From positions 1,984,001-2,048,000 of the forward strand of contig CATNEN010000003.1 of the NCBI GenBank assembly GCA_950097015.1: 64,000 bases of DNA. Reading direction: 5' to 3'. The DNA is from Macrostomum hystrix. Its lineage: Eukaryota; Animalia; Platyhelminthes. The position numbers were made by a program, and so were the translations under genes. The notes under the pieces were generated by a model. It did not search any database. It worked only from the letters and a program-made list of their open reading frames with translations, and was not told where the DNA came from. Below, in pieces: positions 48,821 to 59,602 of the stretch. Positions within the stretch are counted from its first letter, which is position 1. Each line of letters begins with the position of its first letter.

Positions 48821-51800
48821 TCACAGCTGCAGTCTCTCAGGTGGGCCACGAGCTCTCAGAGGGTACCGCCGGGGATTCGTGGCATCCCGACGCGCGTTGC
48901 TCTCCGGTCCGTCGGCGGGTTCAGGTGCCGCCTCACCGCTGGTGGCGCCGCTGGCGACAGTATCAGGAGTGGCGCGCGCACCGCCAGTTCCCAGGGTCGC
49001 GTCACCGCCGCCATCAGTCAGCGGCTGGCCGGCATCAGCGATGTCGAGGTCGAAGCCGTCAGCGCGGGCCGCAACCAGCTGATCCGCATGCCGCATGTGC
49101 TGACCGCGCTGTGAGTCGACGATGCAGTTGCGGCTGCCAGCGCCCTTGATGACGCCCTCCGCCCAGCGCGGCGTGTCGCCGGCTCTCGCACCGGCGCTGA
49201 AGTCGCGGAAGAGCACACGATCACCGGTTTGGAACTCACGCGCCGCCTTCCTGCTCGGTAGCAGCTGCTCCTGTCGCTGTCGCACGTCGTCGGCCAGTGA
49301 CGGTGCGAGTAGATCCAGGCGGCATCGGAGCCGCCGGCCGATGAGTAGTTGGCTGGGAGCGACGCCACTGACGCTGTGCGGCGTGTTGCGGTAGCCGAGC
49401 AGCAGTCGCTGGAGCTCGGCATCAGAATGACCGCTCTTGAGCAGATGCCGCTTTAGAACTTGGACGAAGCGCTCGGCTTGGCCATTCGTGGCAGGATGGA
49501 AAGGTGCCGAGAACACATGACGAATGCCATTGGCTCGGGTGAATTCGGCGAACTCGGCGGAGGCGAACTGCGGCCCGTTGTCGGACACCAGAGTGCGCGG
49601 GATGCCTTGGCGGGCGAAGATCTCCCGCAGACTCACGATTGTGGCTGCCGCTGTGGTGCAGCGCATCCGCACGACCTCCGGCCACTTGCTGTGGGCGTCC
49701 ACCACCACCAGGTACACATGACCGTCGACAGGCCCGGCGAAGTCGACATGCAGGCGCTCCCACGGCTCCGACGGGAACGGCCACGGCTGCACGGGCGCCT
49801 TTGGCGGGTCGGGCTGGTTGAGCTGACAGGTCCTGCAGGTCTTAGTAGCAGCCTCCAAATCGCCGTCGATTCCTGGCCACCAGACGTAGCTGCGAGCTAG
49901 GGCGCGCATTCTGCTGGTGCCTGGATGCGCCTGGTGGAGCTCTTGGATCACGTGATCGCGCAGCGCCGCTGGTACTACGACTCTGGCGCCCCACAACACG
50001 CAGCCTTGGTCAACCGACAGCTCCGTCTGCCGCCGGGCGTAGTCGCTCAGCTCGGCGCCGATGGGCGCCCCAGTCTGCAGGCAGCGTAGCACGCGGCCCA
50101 GCGATGCGTCTGTCCGCGTGTGTCGCGCCACCGTCTGCGCCGTGACGGCCGATCCGGCCCCCTCGTCGAGTAGCAGCGAGTTGACGGCCGCCTCCTCCTC
50201 GAACAGCTGCGGCAGCGGCAGTCGCGAGAGCGAGTCGCAGTTAGCGTGCTTCTCCGTCGGCCGGAACTCGAGCGCATAGTCGTAGCTCGCCAGGCGGATG
50301 GCCCAGCGCTGCATGCGGGCGGCCGCATGCGCCGGGATGCCCTTGCGCTCGCCTAGCAGCCCCAGCAGCGGCAGATGGTCAGTGACGATGGTGAAGCGGC
50401 GGCCATAGAGGAACTGGTGGAAGCGGTCCAGGCCGAACATGATGGCCAGTGCCTCCTTGTCCAGTTGCGAGTAGCCGCGCTGTGCCGTGGTCAGGCTCCG
50501 GCTAGCGAAGGCGACCGCGCAGTCCTTGTCGCCGATGCGGTGCGTCAGCACTACGCCAAGGCCGTAGGGAGAGGCGTCGCACTCCAATCGCAGCGGCAGG
50601 TCCGGGCTGTAGTGCACGAGCACCGGGGACCGAAGCAGCAGCCGCTTTGCCTCGGCGAACGCTTGCTGCTGCGGCCGTTCCCAGGACCAGCGCGTGTTCT
50701 TGACCAGGAGCTGATGCAGCGGCGCCAGCACGGTGGATAGATTCGGCAGGAATTTGCCGTACTGCGCCAGCATTCCAAGAAACGAGCGCAGCTGGCTGAC
50801 GTCCGTCGGGGCAGGTGCGTCCTGGACTGCGGCGACTCGGTCAGGCAGCGGGCTGAGGCCGTTTGCGTCGATGCGATGCCCAAGATACTCGACCGAGTCC
50901 TTGAAGAACTGGCACTTGCTCTTGTTCAGGCGAAGGCCGGCGCCCTGCAGGCGTTGCAGAGCCAGCGCGAGATTCTTCTTGTGCTGCTGCAGAGTGCGGC
51001 CGGTGACCAGTATGTCGTCGACGAACACTTGGACGGCGTCCAGGTCTCCCAGCAGGGTGTCCAGCGTCCGCTGGAAGATTGCGCTGGCGCTCGAGATACC
51101 GAAAGGCAGGCGGTTGACTTGGAAAAGACCTCGCGGCGTGTTGATGGTGAGGAACGCCTTGCTGTCTTCGGCCAGCGGAAGCTGCAAGAAGGCGTTGGAC
51201 AGGTCCAGCTTGGACCATTTGCAGCCGCCGCCGAGCTTCGCAAAGAGATCCTCTATCCGCGGCAGTGGATAGTGCTCCGGCCGGCTCGCCTGGTTGTAGG
51301 TCAGCTTGTAGTCGCCGCAGATCCGGACGCTGCCATCCTTCTTAACAACCGGTACGATCGGCGCTGCCCAGTAGCTGTGCTTGACGGCCGTGATGATCCC
51401 GCTGGCCTCCATGCGCTGAAGCTCGGCGTCAACACGCTCCCGAAGAGCGTAGGGGACCGGGCGGGCCTTGAAGAACTTCGGCTGCGCGTCATCGGAGACT
51501 TGCAACCGCACCTGACCGTGCCGAAACTCACCGAGGCCGTCTTCGAAGACTGGCGCGAACTCCTTGATGAGGTCACCGATGCTCTCGTCCGCGGAGACGG
51601 CGTGGACCTGCGCCATGATGCTCGGCCAGTCCAGCCGCAGCTTAGCCAGCCAGTCCCGTCCGAGCAGCGCCGATTCGCCCTGCGTGACGACAAGCAGCGG
51701 GAGCTGCAGCTGCTGGCTATTGTGGTTGACGGTGACCACCGCCTGGCCGATGGGGCGAAATCGTTCGTCGGTGAAGGTGCGCAGGACGGCGGTTGATGGC

Positions 51801-52312
51801 TTCAGTGGGAGCTGCGGCAGAAGCCTCCGCTGCAAATTCTGCGGCAATAGAGTGACAGCGGAGCCGGTGTCGATGATGAACTGGCACTGGCGCCCGTTCA
51901 CTTGTAGCTGCACCGTCGGTCCTAAGCTGCCACAGGGCGGCTGGACGGTGAAAATCGGCATCTGCGACGAGGCATCCGGTGACGAAGGCGAGCTTGGGCG
52001 AGCGGCAGACCTTGCGGATGTGGCCCGTCTTGCCGCATGAATGGCATTTTGCGTCTCGCAGCTTGCAGAGTTGACGGCTGTGGGCGCCACCACAGCTTGC
52101 GCAGGTTCCACCCTTTCGGCCGTTGTCTCCACCTTTGCCGAAGTTGCCGCTATTTCCGCCCTTGACGCTTCGTTGATGTGGAGAGTCGCCGCCGAGTGCA
52201 GCTGGAGTGGCACCTCGGCGCTGGCTCCGCTTGCCTCCATGCGTGCGCAACTGGGCGACGGCCGCAGTCGGCTTACTTGCCATCTCCTGCGAGGATCGCT
52301 CGGTTGACTCAA
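48821..52312 (-). CDS. pol: Gypsy pol (protease, RT, RNase H, integrase); homology starts near 51970
   Basis: IDTGS protease; RICGDYK, LPFG and FVDDIL RT; CDASPYG and TDHLPL RNase H; HQAH..CRTC, DFAGP, SDNGPQF and NGQAER integrase; no stops. Confidence 0.95.
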   Translation of the reverse strand: MSQPSDPRRRWQVSRLRPSPSCARMEASGASAEVPLQLHSAATLHINEASRAEIAATSAKVETTAERVEPAQAVVAPTAVNSASCETQNAIHAARRATSARSAARPSSPSSPDASSQMPIFTVQPPCGSLGPTVQLQVNGRQCQFIIDTGSAVTLLPQNLQRRLLPQLPLKPSTAVLRTFTDERFRPIGQAVVTVNHNSQQLQLPLLVVTQGESALLGRDWLAKLRLDWPSIMAQVHAVSADESIGDLIKEFAPVFEDGLGEFRHGQVRLQVSDDAQPKFFKARPVPYALRERVDAELQRMEASGIITAVKHSYWAAPIVPVVKKDGSVRICGDYKLTYNQASRPEHYPLPRIEDLFAKLGGGCKWSKLDLSNAFLQLPLAEDSKAFLTINTPRGLFQVNRLPFGISSASAIFQRTLDTLLGDLDAVQVFVDDILVTGRTLQQHKKNLALALQRLQGAGLRLNKSKCQFFKDSVEYLGHRIDANGLSPLPDRVAAVQDAPAPTDVSQLRSFLGMLAQYGKFLPNLSTVLAPLHQLLVKNTRWSWERPQQQAFAEAKRLLLRSPVLVHYSPDLPLRLECDASPYGLGVVLTHRIGDKDCAVAFASRSLTTAQRGYSQLDKEALAIMFGLDRFHQFLYGRRFTIVTDHLPLLGLLGERKGIPAHAAARMQRWAIRLASYDYALEFRPTEKHANCDSLSRLPLPQLFEEEAAVNSLLLDEGAGSAVTAQTVARHTRTDASLGRVLRCLQTGAPIGAELSDYARRQTELSVDQGCVLWGARVVVPAALRDHVIQELHQAHPGTSRMRALARSYVWWPGIDGDLEAATKTCRTCQLNQPDPPKAPVQPWPFPSEPWERLHVDFAGPVDGHVYLVVVDAHSKWPEVVRMRCTTAAATIVSLREIFARQGIPRTLVSDNGPQFASAEFAEFTRANGIRHVFSAPFHPATNGQAERFVQVLKRHLLKSGHSDAELQRLLLGYRNTPHSVSGVAPSQLLIGRRLRCRLDLLAPSLADDVRQRQEQLLPSRKAAREFQTGDRVLFRDFSAGARAGDTPRWAEGVIKGAGSRNCIVDSQRGQHMRHADQLVAARADGFDLDIADAGQPLTDGGGDATLGTGGARATPDTVASGATSGEAAPEPADGPESNARRDATNPRRYPLRARGPPERLQL

Positions 52313-52802
52313 GGAGGAGCATTTTCTCCTGCAGCGATTTGAATGTGGGATTCACCTCCTCCAGGAGCTTCGCACGGAAGGCGTCGCTGTACAGTCCGAA
52401 GACAAGCTGGTCGCGCAGCCGCTCCTCCAATGAGTTCTGGAAGGCGCAATGAGCGGACAAGGCCTTCAAGCCAGCGACAAAGTCCGTGAAACTCTCGCCG
52501 GGTTGCTGCACGCGCCGCTGGAAACGAAATCGAGCTGCCAGCACTGAAGGCTTCGGTGCATAGTGGTCGCGCAGAATCTCAGACAGCTGGTCCAGCGTCT
52601 TGTCCGCTACCTTGTCAGGCTGGCACAGATTGCGTAGCACCGTGTAGGCCTCCGCGCCGATTGCCGTAACAAGTGTGGCCACCTTCGCCTCCTCTTTCAC
52701 ATCTTTGCATGTGAAGTAGTGATCTAGTCTCTCCAGATATACATCGATATCTGTGTTGGCGGAGAGCACGGGGATTCCACCTAGCGCGGAACTCGTCGCC
52801 AT
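51717..52802 (-). CDS. gag: Gypsy gag (two CCHC zinc knuckles)
   Basis: YLERLDHYF, RFRFQRRVQQPGESFTDF, LRDQLVFG; CASCGGAHSRQLC and CHSCGKTGHIRKVC. Confidence 0.9.
   Translation of the reverse strand: MATSSALGGIPVLSANTDIDVYLERLDHYFTCKDVKEEAKVATLVTAIGAEAYTVLRNLCQPDKVADKTLDQLSEILRDHYAPKPSVLAARFRFQRRVQQPGESFTDFVAGLKALSAHCAFQNSLEERLRDQLVFGLYSDAFRAKLLEEVNPTFKSLQEKMLLLESTERSSQEMASKPTAAVAQLRTHGGKRSQRRGATPAALGGDSPHQRSVKGGNSGNFGKGGDNGRKGGTCASCGGAHSRQLCKLRDAKCHSCGKTGHIRKVCRSPKLAFVTGCLVADADFHRPAALWQLRTDGAATSERAPVPVHHRHRLRCHSIAAEFAAEASAAAPTEAINRRPAHLHRRTISPHRPGGGHRQPQ
52792..52801 (-). other. Primer-binding site TGGCGACGAG (complementary to a tRNA-Ser 3' end), overlapping the gag ATG
   Basis: LTR-CA, aa, TGGCGACGAG; tRNA-Ser(GCT) ends ...CTCGTCG-CCA (recalled). 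Confidence 0.75.
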
Positions 52803-52803
52803 T

Positions 52804-53106
52804 TGTGATGACTTAAGACTGAAGGCTGGCCAAGAATTGATTCACAAGATCGTAGCGAGCCAGTTGGAAGTTGCGGCTCCTTATATTATCGCTCTGTTCT
52901 ATTTGACCCTAGGGCTTAGGGCACGGCTGGGCCCCGCGGGCCAGCCACCTCAACCAGCACGCAAGCCACGCCTGACACTGGTAAACAACTCAGCTTGCAC
53001 TAAGAACCGACAGACATAAACAATCGATGGTAGCAAAGCCATAATACAAAGTGGTGCAGAGTGAACGCATTGAATAACATTCAAGAGTCCATTGAATAAC
53101 ATCACA
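52804..53106 (-). repeat. 5' LTR
   Basis: Direct repeat of 48491-48793; followed on the minus strand by the PBS. Confidence 0.95.
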
Positions 53107-53736
53107 TATATATTTCAAAGAGCCAAACAAATTGTATTTTTGAAAAGCAAAAGTTTGCGCCATTGCATTTTGTCTGATTCTATGGTGTCCATATACTAGT
53201 GAGAAAGACAAACAGGTTTTTTACCATATGGAAAAATATATTTCTTGTAGAAAATGTTATATTCTTTTTGCTATTTGTTTTACTTCACACAGTTCTTTTA
53301 ATATGCACCTAAACTCAAAATTTGTTAGACAATGTATACATATTACCTTTTATCTACAAAACTCAGACTTGATTTGGCTAGTGGCTTAGCCAGTCCTCTC
53401 CTTAGCCTCATTCTAACCACTGGTAATTATATACTATTGAATCATTTCCAAGGGAAAAGTTGTATAATTAAATAAATTTATTTTTACTCATAAATACAAA
53501 TAAGTAAATACATTTCATACTGAGCCTTATACATTACATATAAGAACTGGTAAAATATATTATAATTATAAAACTGATTTGCTAACTCTAGTTTATCTGT
53601 ATACTAAAGTAAGACTAGTAAAATTTAAATGTGTTTTGCATTTTCTGCTTGGACACAAATTTGCTAGGCTAGGTGCACTATCATAATGAAAACAAATGTG
53701 TTTTATTGATATTAAATTCAAGTTATTCTATTCAAT

Positions 53737-54220
53737 CCATAGTCTAGATCATGAAGTGCATGTCAAAATTTTCTGGCATACATTTGAAAAGTTGGCATGG
53801 GCTGGCATGCAGAAGGGTTGGCAATGGTATGCATGAGTCTGCCATCCAGTGCTGCAATACATACATATAATGCATATACAATGATGCACAGAATACACAA
53901 AAGACTTATAATTAGTTTAAAGAAATGAATCTATTGAATGCCTTAAGCAATAAACTATGGAATAAAATATTTGCAAAAATTAATTTTTTCATACAACTAC
54001 TTGGTGTCAATAGTGAATTTAATATGCAACTTTAGCTATTTTTATTACTTAACTTAAGTAGCTTTGCTAAAAATGCAAAATACATAAAAAAATTGAAATA
54101 AAAAACTCCACTAAAATACATTTAGCATGCAAAAAATTACCACAATACATATTTGTATGCATCTGCATTGGCTTGCAAAAGAAAAACTATGATTTTTTTC
54201 TAGCATGATCTAGACTATGG
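53737..54220. mobile_element. MITE, 484 bp
   Basis: Perfect 17-bp TIR CCATAGTCTAGATCATG; flanks TATTCAAT/TATTAAAT (8-bp TSD, one mismatch). Confidence 0.75.
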
Positions 54221-54792
54221 TATTAAATTATATGTTTTTACCATGGGCATGGGCATGATTATTCTTATATGCATACATGCGCAACCTCCCAAATCTTAGC
54301 CGGCCGTGCGACTTAGTTTTTTCTCTATTTATGACTTAGTTTGCTCTCATTTGCGACTTAGTTTGCTCTTCTTTGCTCTCTTTTTCTCTCCCCTTTTTCC
54401 TTTTCCGAACGCCTTCCTTTTTTGTCCCTTGGTCCCCCCTTTGATTTTTTTGCACTTGGTTGATTGGTTTTTGCGACTTACCTTTCTTGGCCCTTGTTTC
54501 ACCCGGCCAATATGGCTGAGTCAGTCGGGTGTTGCATATGTATGCTTATATGCAACTAGCTTTTTTTGCCCGTTGTTTTTGGGGCAGAAATTTAAAGCAA
54601 AGCAGTAAGCAATTCACGTCTCTGTATTAACTTTATAGTGAAGGTCACCATTTATTTATTTACTGCATTAATGAAAAGTGAAGAGTTTGTTTAAGGGCGT
54701 TTTAAGTAAAAAATAAGTGAAAAGTTTGTCCAAACAGCCCCCTCTTGATTACTTCTTTAGAAACATGTCTCTTAGCTACTCCTCTATACAGT

Positions 54793-55067
54793 CAGTGGCA
54801 GATCCAGGAATTTAGTTTTGGGGCGGTCTGTCAGGGGAGCGCCATGAGAATCACAGAGGGGGTGCCAGCGGCCGAAAAAGGGCGCCAGGAGCCAAGAAAG
54901 GGCGCCAGCGGCTGAAAAACGGGAGCCAGCGGCTGAAAAAGGGGCGCCAGCGGCCGAAAAGGGGCGCCAGTGCTGCGACTGGCGCCCCTGGTGGGGGCAT
55001 CTTATTCCCATGATTAAAATTTAGGGGGGCGACTGCCCCCCCGCCCCCCCCCCTAAATCTGCCTCTG
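54793..55067. mobile_element. hAT-type MITE (275 bp) inserted inside the Helitron
   Basis: Imperfect TIRs CAGTGGCAGATCCAGG / CCTAAATCTGCCTCTG; 8-bp TSD TATACAGT at 54785-54792 and 55068-55075. Confidence 0.88.
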
Positions 55068-55219
55068 TATACAGTATGCATGTACACGCGTATACATAAG
55101 GAAAATAGCCATGGCATGACAATAACAATGTCAAAGAAACAAAATTAAACTGTTTCAGAGTTCAGAGTTAGACAGGTCAAGGTCAATTCGTGACTACTTT
55201 TCTATTAATTGCTTGCGAG

Positions 55220-56190
55220 TCACCTCAAGGCCTGGGGATACACCACATTCTTCGTTCTTCCCCTTGGTGCGAAAATGAATAGGCCAGCTGGAGTTCCAAC
55301 ACGGGAGCAGGCGACATAAAGCTGCCCATGCGAGAAGCAAGGAGTCTCCAGGTTGATGCCAGCCACCTTCAGCGACTGTCCCTGAGCCTTGTTAATAGTC
55401 ATCGCAAAGCACACTCTCACAGGGAACTGCAGTCGCTTGAACTGAAATGGCAGGTCCGTGGGGATAATTGGAATCCGGGGAACGAACACAGACTCTCCTC
55501 TGCCAGATCCAGTCATTATCGTGGCCTCAATCACGTGTGGGAAGAGCCGCCTGACTATCAGTCTGGTGCCGTTACACAGCCTTGGCGCATTCAGGTTGCG
55601 GAGGAGCATAATTGGTGCCCCAACTTTCAGCTGCAAGTTGTGCGATGGAGTTCCAGGAGGATCTAGAGAGTTCAGAAACTCAACAGGATACTCCACAGCG
55701 GTGTCATCAGTCAACGTTGTATCAATTGACTTGTAGGTGAAAACTGCACCTGGCAACTCCTGAAGCAGTTGGCAGTTAATTTCGTTGGCGGCATCATTTC
55801 TAGGACACAGAATTGCCCTCTCTGACAGCCAGTCAACGTCAGCATATCGAACCATCAGGTTCGGGTAAACTTTTGCCTTGAGCTCCTGCACTGACTGCAC
55901 AATGGTTCCGATTGTAGCGATCGATGACTGCCCATCCTCGGTGCTAATCTCCAGCAGACCATTGCCGATTCGCAATAGATTGGCAGAGAACTCATGCGCT
56001 GTTTCGTCTCCTTGAATTGTAGCTCTCATGTTTGTTCGTAGGTGCAACTTCACAACCGATGGCCACAGGTGAGATGATTTTAGGCAAGCATTAATCTCAT
56101 CAGCAGGAGTGCCACGCGGAATCACAGGCAGCGTCTGTCTAAAGTCTCCAGACAGCAGCAGAGTGACACCACCCATCAGTTGATCGCCAG
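55220..56190 (-). pseudogene. C-terminal PIF1-type helicase fragment of Helitron RepHel
   Basis: GGVTLLLSGDFRQTLPV, LRTNMR, LKVGAPIMLLRNL, LCNGTRL, AMTINKAQGQSL and FSHGQLYVACSRV; Rep domain and Walker A absent. Confidence 0.9.
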
Positions 56191-57352
56191 CCTCTCTCTT
56201 TCTTCTATCCCAGGCTGGCTGGAGAGAAATATCGACCGGAGAGCCCTGCGCACTGGGACGCCACCGCACTCACCGCACTCAGTCTCAGTGCTGCTTGGGG
56301 GCCAGTAGACAGTCTAGGGGTTTGGGCTGTGTACATTCACGGCTTGAAATACAATGTACAGTCTGGGGCTTCGGCGCCCGGGGAAGGGAGGGGGTGGCTG
56401 TAATAAAATTTGGCCCGCAGAGTGGCGGAGGGGAGTTGGGGTGGCTGTCCTCGGAAAACAAAAAGTGACTCACTTTGAGATGATGCAGCTTTGCTCTGGA
56501 TTGAGTAGAGATGTTCAAAATTGACAGCATTGTTGGAAAACATGTAAAGTGTAAGTGGATCAAATTTGGAGAAAATCTGACAAAGTGGGGCGACGATATG
56601 TCGAATTGAGTGATTTTTTGACGATTTTTGAGCAGTTTTTTGCACTTTTGAGCAGGAAGGAAATGATTTTTCGGGAATTTGAGTAGCCTATTGCACTCAG
56701 CGTAGGTGGTTTTAGGTATGTGCAAAGTTTGGTGCGATTTGGTTGAGCGGTTTCGGCGTCTATAAAGACAAAAGGTTGCACACAGACAGACAGACAGACA
56801 GAGTTTTCACTTTTATATATATAGATAATCATTGGGGCAATGTTCTACTTCTGTTCATTATTATTAATATTATCATTAATTATCATTATCATCATTATCA
56901 TTATCATTATTATTTTTTTTGTTTGCAAACGACAGATAACGACAAAAAAAGTTTAACGGTAACAAAAAGTCAATAGTTTGGTAAGACAGTTCTGAAAAGT
57001 CTTGGTCAGTCATTCTTCTTTCAAACCAGGTAAGTACCTAATCCAGTAGAAGAGGGCAACGAAGCTATTCTTGGGGTATAGACAGCGCCATAAGAATTCT
57101 TCAAGGTGGCTTTTGAAAAGAGCAGCACTTGTGCCATGCATTTGACGCAGCTTGGCCTTTACAAAATCTTCAGCTGCAGAATTTCTGTGCCTTAGCTTCC
57201 TGTTCCCCGATATTTGCCAGATTTTGCCATAGACATAGATCCAAGTGTCAAGTCACGGCAAAGCCACGTCAGCACAACTTTTCAAACTCAGAATGCACAT
57301 GCGGCATGAATTCAAACGAAAAAATAATATAACAAATGGAAGTAGAATATTG

Positions 57353-58640
57353 GGCTTCCATGCATTTCGGTGCCTGTGCTTTTTGGTGCCAAGCGTTTTG
57401 GTGCCCAGTCTTGCTTTTTGGTTCCCTGTGAATGCATTTTGGTCCCCATCCAATTTTGCATTGTCAGTCAGTAAAGCGCTTTAATACTGATGATAAAACA
57501 ATACTTAAATACAAAACCATTCAAGAAGTGAATTGTCTGTCCGTCTGTGCGTGAATATGTCACACTGCAGCCCAAATGCCAAATGCCAACTGTACGGTAT
57601 ACTGATTGTGCATTAGTACAGTACATTCTCTCTCTATCTGATCTCTCTCTCTCCACCTCAATGTACATGTACATTGAAACTGTTGTCACTGTTGTCATTT
57701 GTCGATTTGTTAACTTTGCGTTGTGTACATTCAAAAGGCAATGGTACAAATTACATTTTAGCAGTGTTTCTCAGAAATGTAAGCTTTCAAACAGTAGAAA
57801 AAACAAAGGATAATAAACGCGCAAGGACAGGCATATTAGCCACAATTTGTATTTAAGTATTGTTTTATCATCAGTAGGGTAATGTATCATCAACCAAACA
57901 GTGTATCTTCAAAACCGAACAGGAATTTTGACTTCTTCCTTGGTCTCATGCAAGACAGAAACAAGCTATTGTGTTTCACAGAACAACTAATTTGAAAGTT
58001 GAAGAAATTATCTACAAGCTGAGGTATGATGTGCAATTAAGCATTAAGAGGAAAGAAAGATATTGATGTTTCAGTAGAAATTTTTATTGCAAAAGCATAC
58101 TTTTAACAACATTTTTTCAGTATGTACTTTAGATGAAGATTGTATGTGGTTGCTTGCCAATTAAATGACCATAAATGTTGTTATTTATAGAGCATGAAAA
58201 ATGCTTTCAAATCACATAATTCTTGATAGTTCACTCCTTAATATAAGATTAAACCACTCACTCAAATTTTAAAACCGAACATCAAATTCTCTGTTTGGTT
58301 TGAAGATACATGAAAATCATTGTTCGGTTTTAGATAAAAATTAGGAATAACTTTTTTCTATTCGATAAAATAGCAAAAGCAGATACTTTTTAGAAAGATG
58401 TAACTGTTTTCTATAACTTGGCTTTTGATTTATCATCATATCTTAAATAGAAAATATGTAGCTTAGGTTTGAAGTTAAAAAAATACACATTCTTGTTTGG
58501 TTGATGATACATTACCCTACTTTTATAATTTAAAGCGCTTTACTGACTGACAATGCAAAATTGTATGGGGACCGAAAAGCAAGACCGGGCACCAAAATGC
58601 TTGGCACCGAAAAGCACAGGCACCGAAATGCGCGGAAACC
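57353..58640. mobile_element. Non-autonomous DNA transposon with long TIRs (GG...CC termini, 8-bp TSD; Merlin- or MULE-like)
   Basis: TSD GAATATTG at 57345-57352 and 58641-58648; inverted arms over 120 bp with internal GGTGCC subrepeats. Confidence 0.8.
57877..58517. mobile_element. MITE with TA TSD nested in the right arm of the 57353-58640 element
   Basis: Perfect inverted repeat GTAGGGTAATGTATCATCAACCAAACA at 57874-57900 and 58494-58520. Confidence 0.8.
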
Positions 58641-59602
58641 GAATATTGCCATCATTGGACTATATACAAGCAAATAAATGGTTACCAAATAATACAGTTT
58701 TTATTCTGTAAATTTTTATAAGCAATAAAAAAAATTCATCAACCACAGGGCCTATAGGCCTAACACTATTCATGCTACTTACTGTAAGACTGACTAACCA
58801 CATTAATTACTTCATTAAGTTCATTAGGCTATATCCTTTAAAGGAATTTAAGATTGAGATGGCTACTGGCTGCTCTGTCAGCTGTAATTATTGTCAGTTC
58901 AAAAGCAAAAAGCACAGCAAAAAGGCTAGATTATATTCAACTGGCAACCTCATGAGACAATGAGTCTGAGAAAAAAAGATAGCCATAACATAACATAGGC
59001 CTAGGCTTACATCGCCAATGCCAATGGCAATTGGGTTAGGCCCCCTATGAAAATTGTAATTCTTCCCATCATCGTTTTTACTAGAATGTAATACAATTTC
59101 CTTCTATAAACGTAGTATTAACAATCAGATTTGCTAAAATATGCTTAGGGCCTATCGAGAGAGGGAGAAGGCCTTTGGCCTTTGGCCTATAGGTTATAGG
59201 CTTATACTTATAGCCAGTGTGTATCAGCTTGTCAATAGATATATAATAATCAATATATAAGACAATAGCTAAAAGGCCTAGCTGGCATTTAGCAAGTGTA
59301 AAACATAGTTACTTACATTATTAATTTAAAAATAATAGTTCATGCCCTACGCTAACTAACGGCATAGGCCCTACTCCAAATGTTACAAATGTTACATCAT
59401 TGTGTATAAATTTTCACGAGTGACTTTTTCAAAGAATTTGAATTTGTCTTGTTTATAACTAGAGTAAACTTGCAAATTTTAATAGGCAAAATTCAATTTG
59501 ATACGCGACATGTGGCAGATATATGAATGAAAATATTTATAGTTTTTTCTTTTAATAGAGTTATTTTAAAATCTTAACGCGCAAAGAAAATTTACTAGCA
59601 AT

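Larger units (their letters stand above)
48491..53106 (-). mobile_element. Full-length Ty3/Gypsy LTR retrotransposon (Mag-like), 4616 bp
   Basis: Two 303-bp LTRs (TGTGATG...CATCACA) with no difference seen by eye; TSD TATAT at 48486-48490 and 53107-53111; PBS and PPT; PR-RT-RH-IN order. Confidence 0.97.
54556..56825 (-). mobile_element. Internally deleted (non-autonomous) Helitron, about 2.27 kb
   Basis: 5' A|TCTATATATATAAAAG followed by (CTGT)n at 56825; 3' TGCCC...GGGCA hairpin, 8 nt, then CTAG|T at 54556; PIF1 helicase fragment inside. Confidence 0.8.
54254..56835. mobile_element. Older MITE whose right TIR is split by the Helitron
   Basis: Left ATGATTATTCTTATATGCATACATGCGCAAC is the inverse of GTTGCATATGTATGCTTATATGCAA (54530-54555) joined to TAATCAT (56826-56832); TSD not resolved. 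Confidence 0.55.

Noticed and set aside
48841-52452. Many overlapping and antisense ORFs inside the Gypsy element
   Set aside because: Expected from high GC content; no env-like or other motif, and pol ends next to the PPT, leaving no room for an extra gene.
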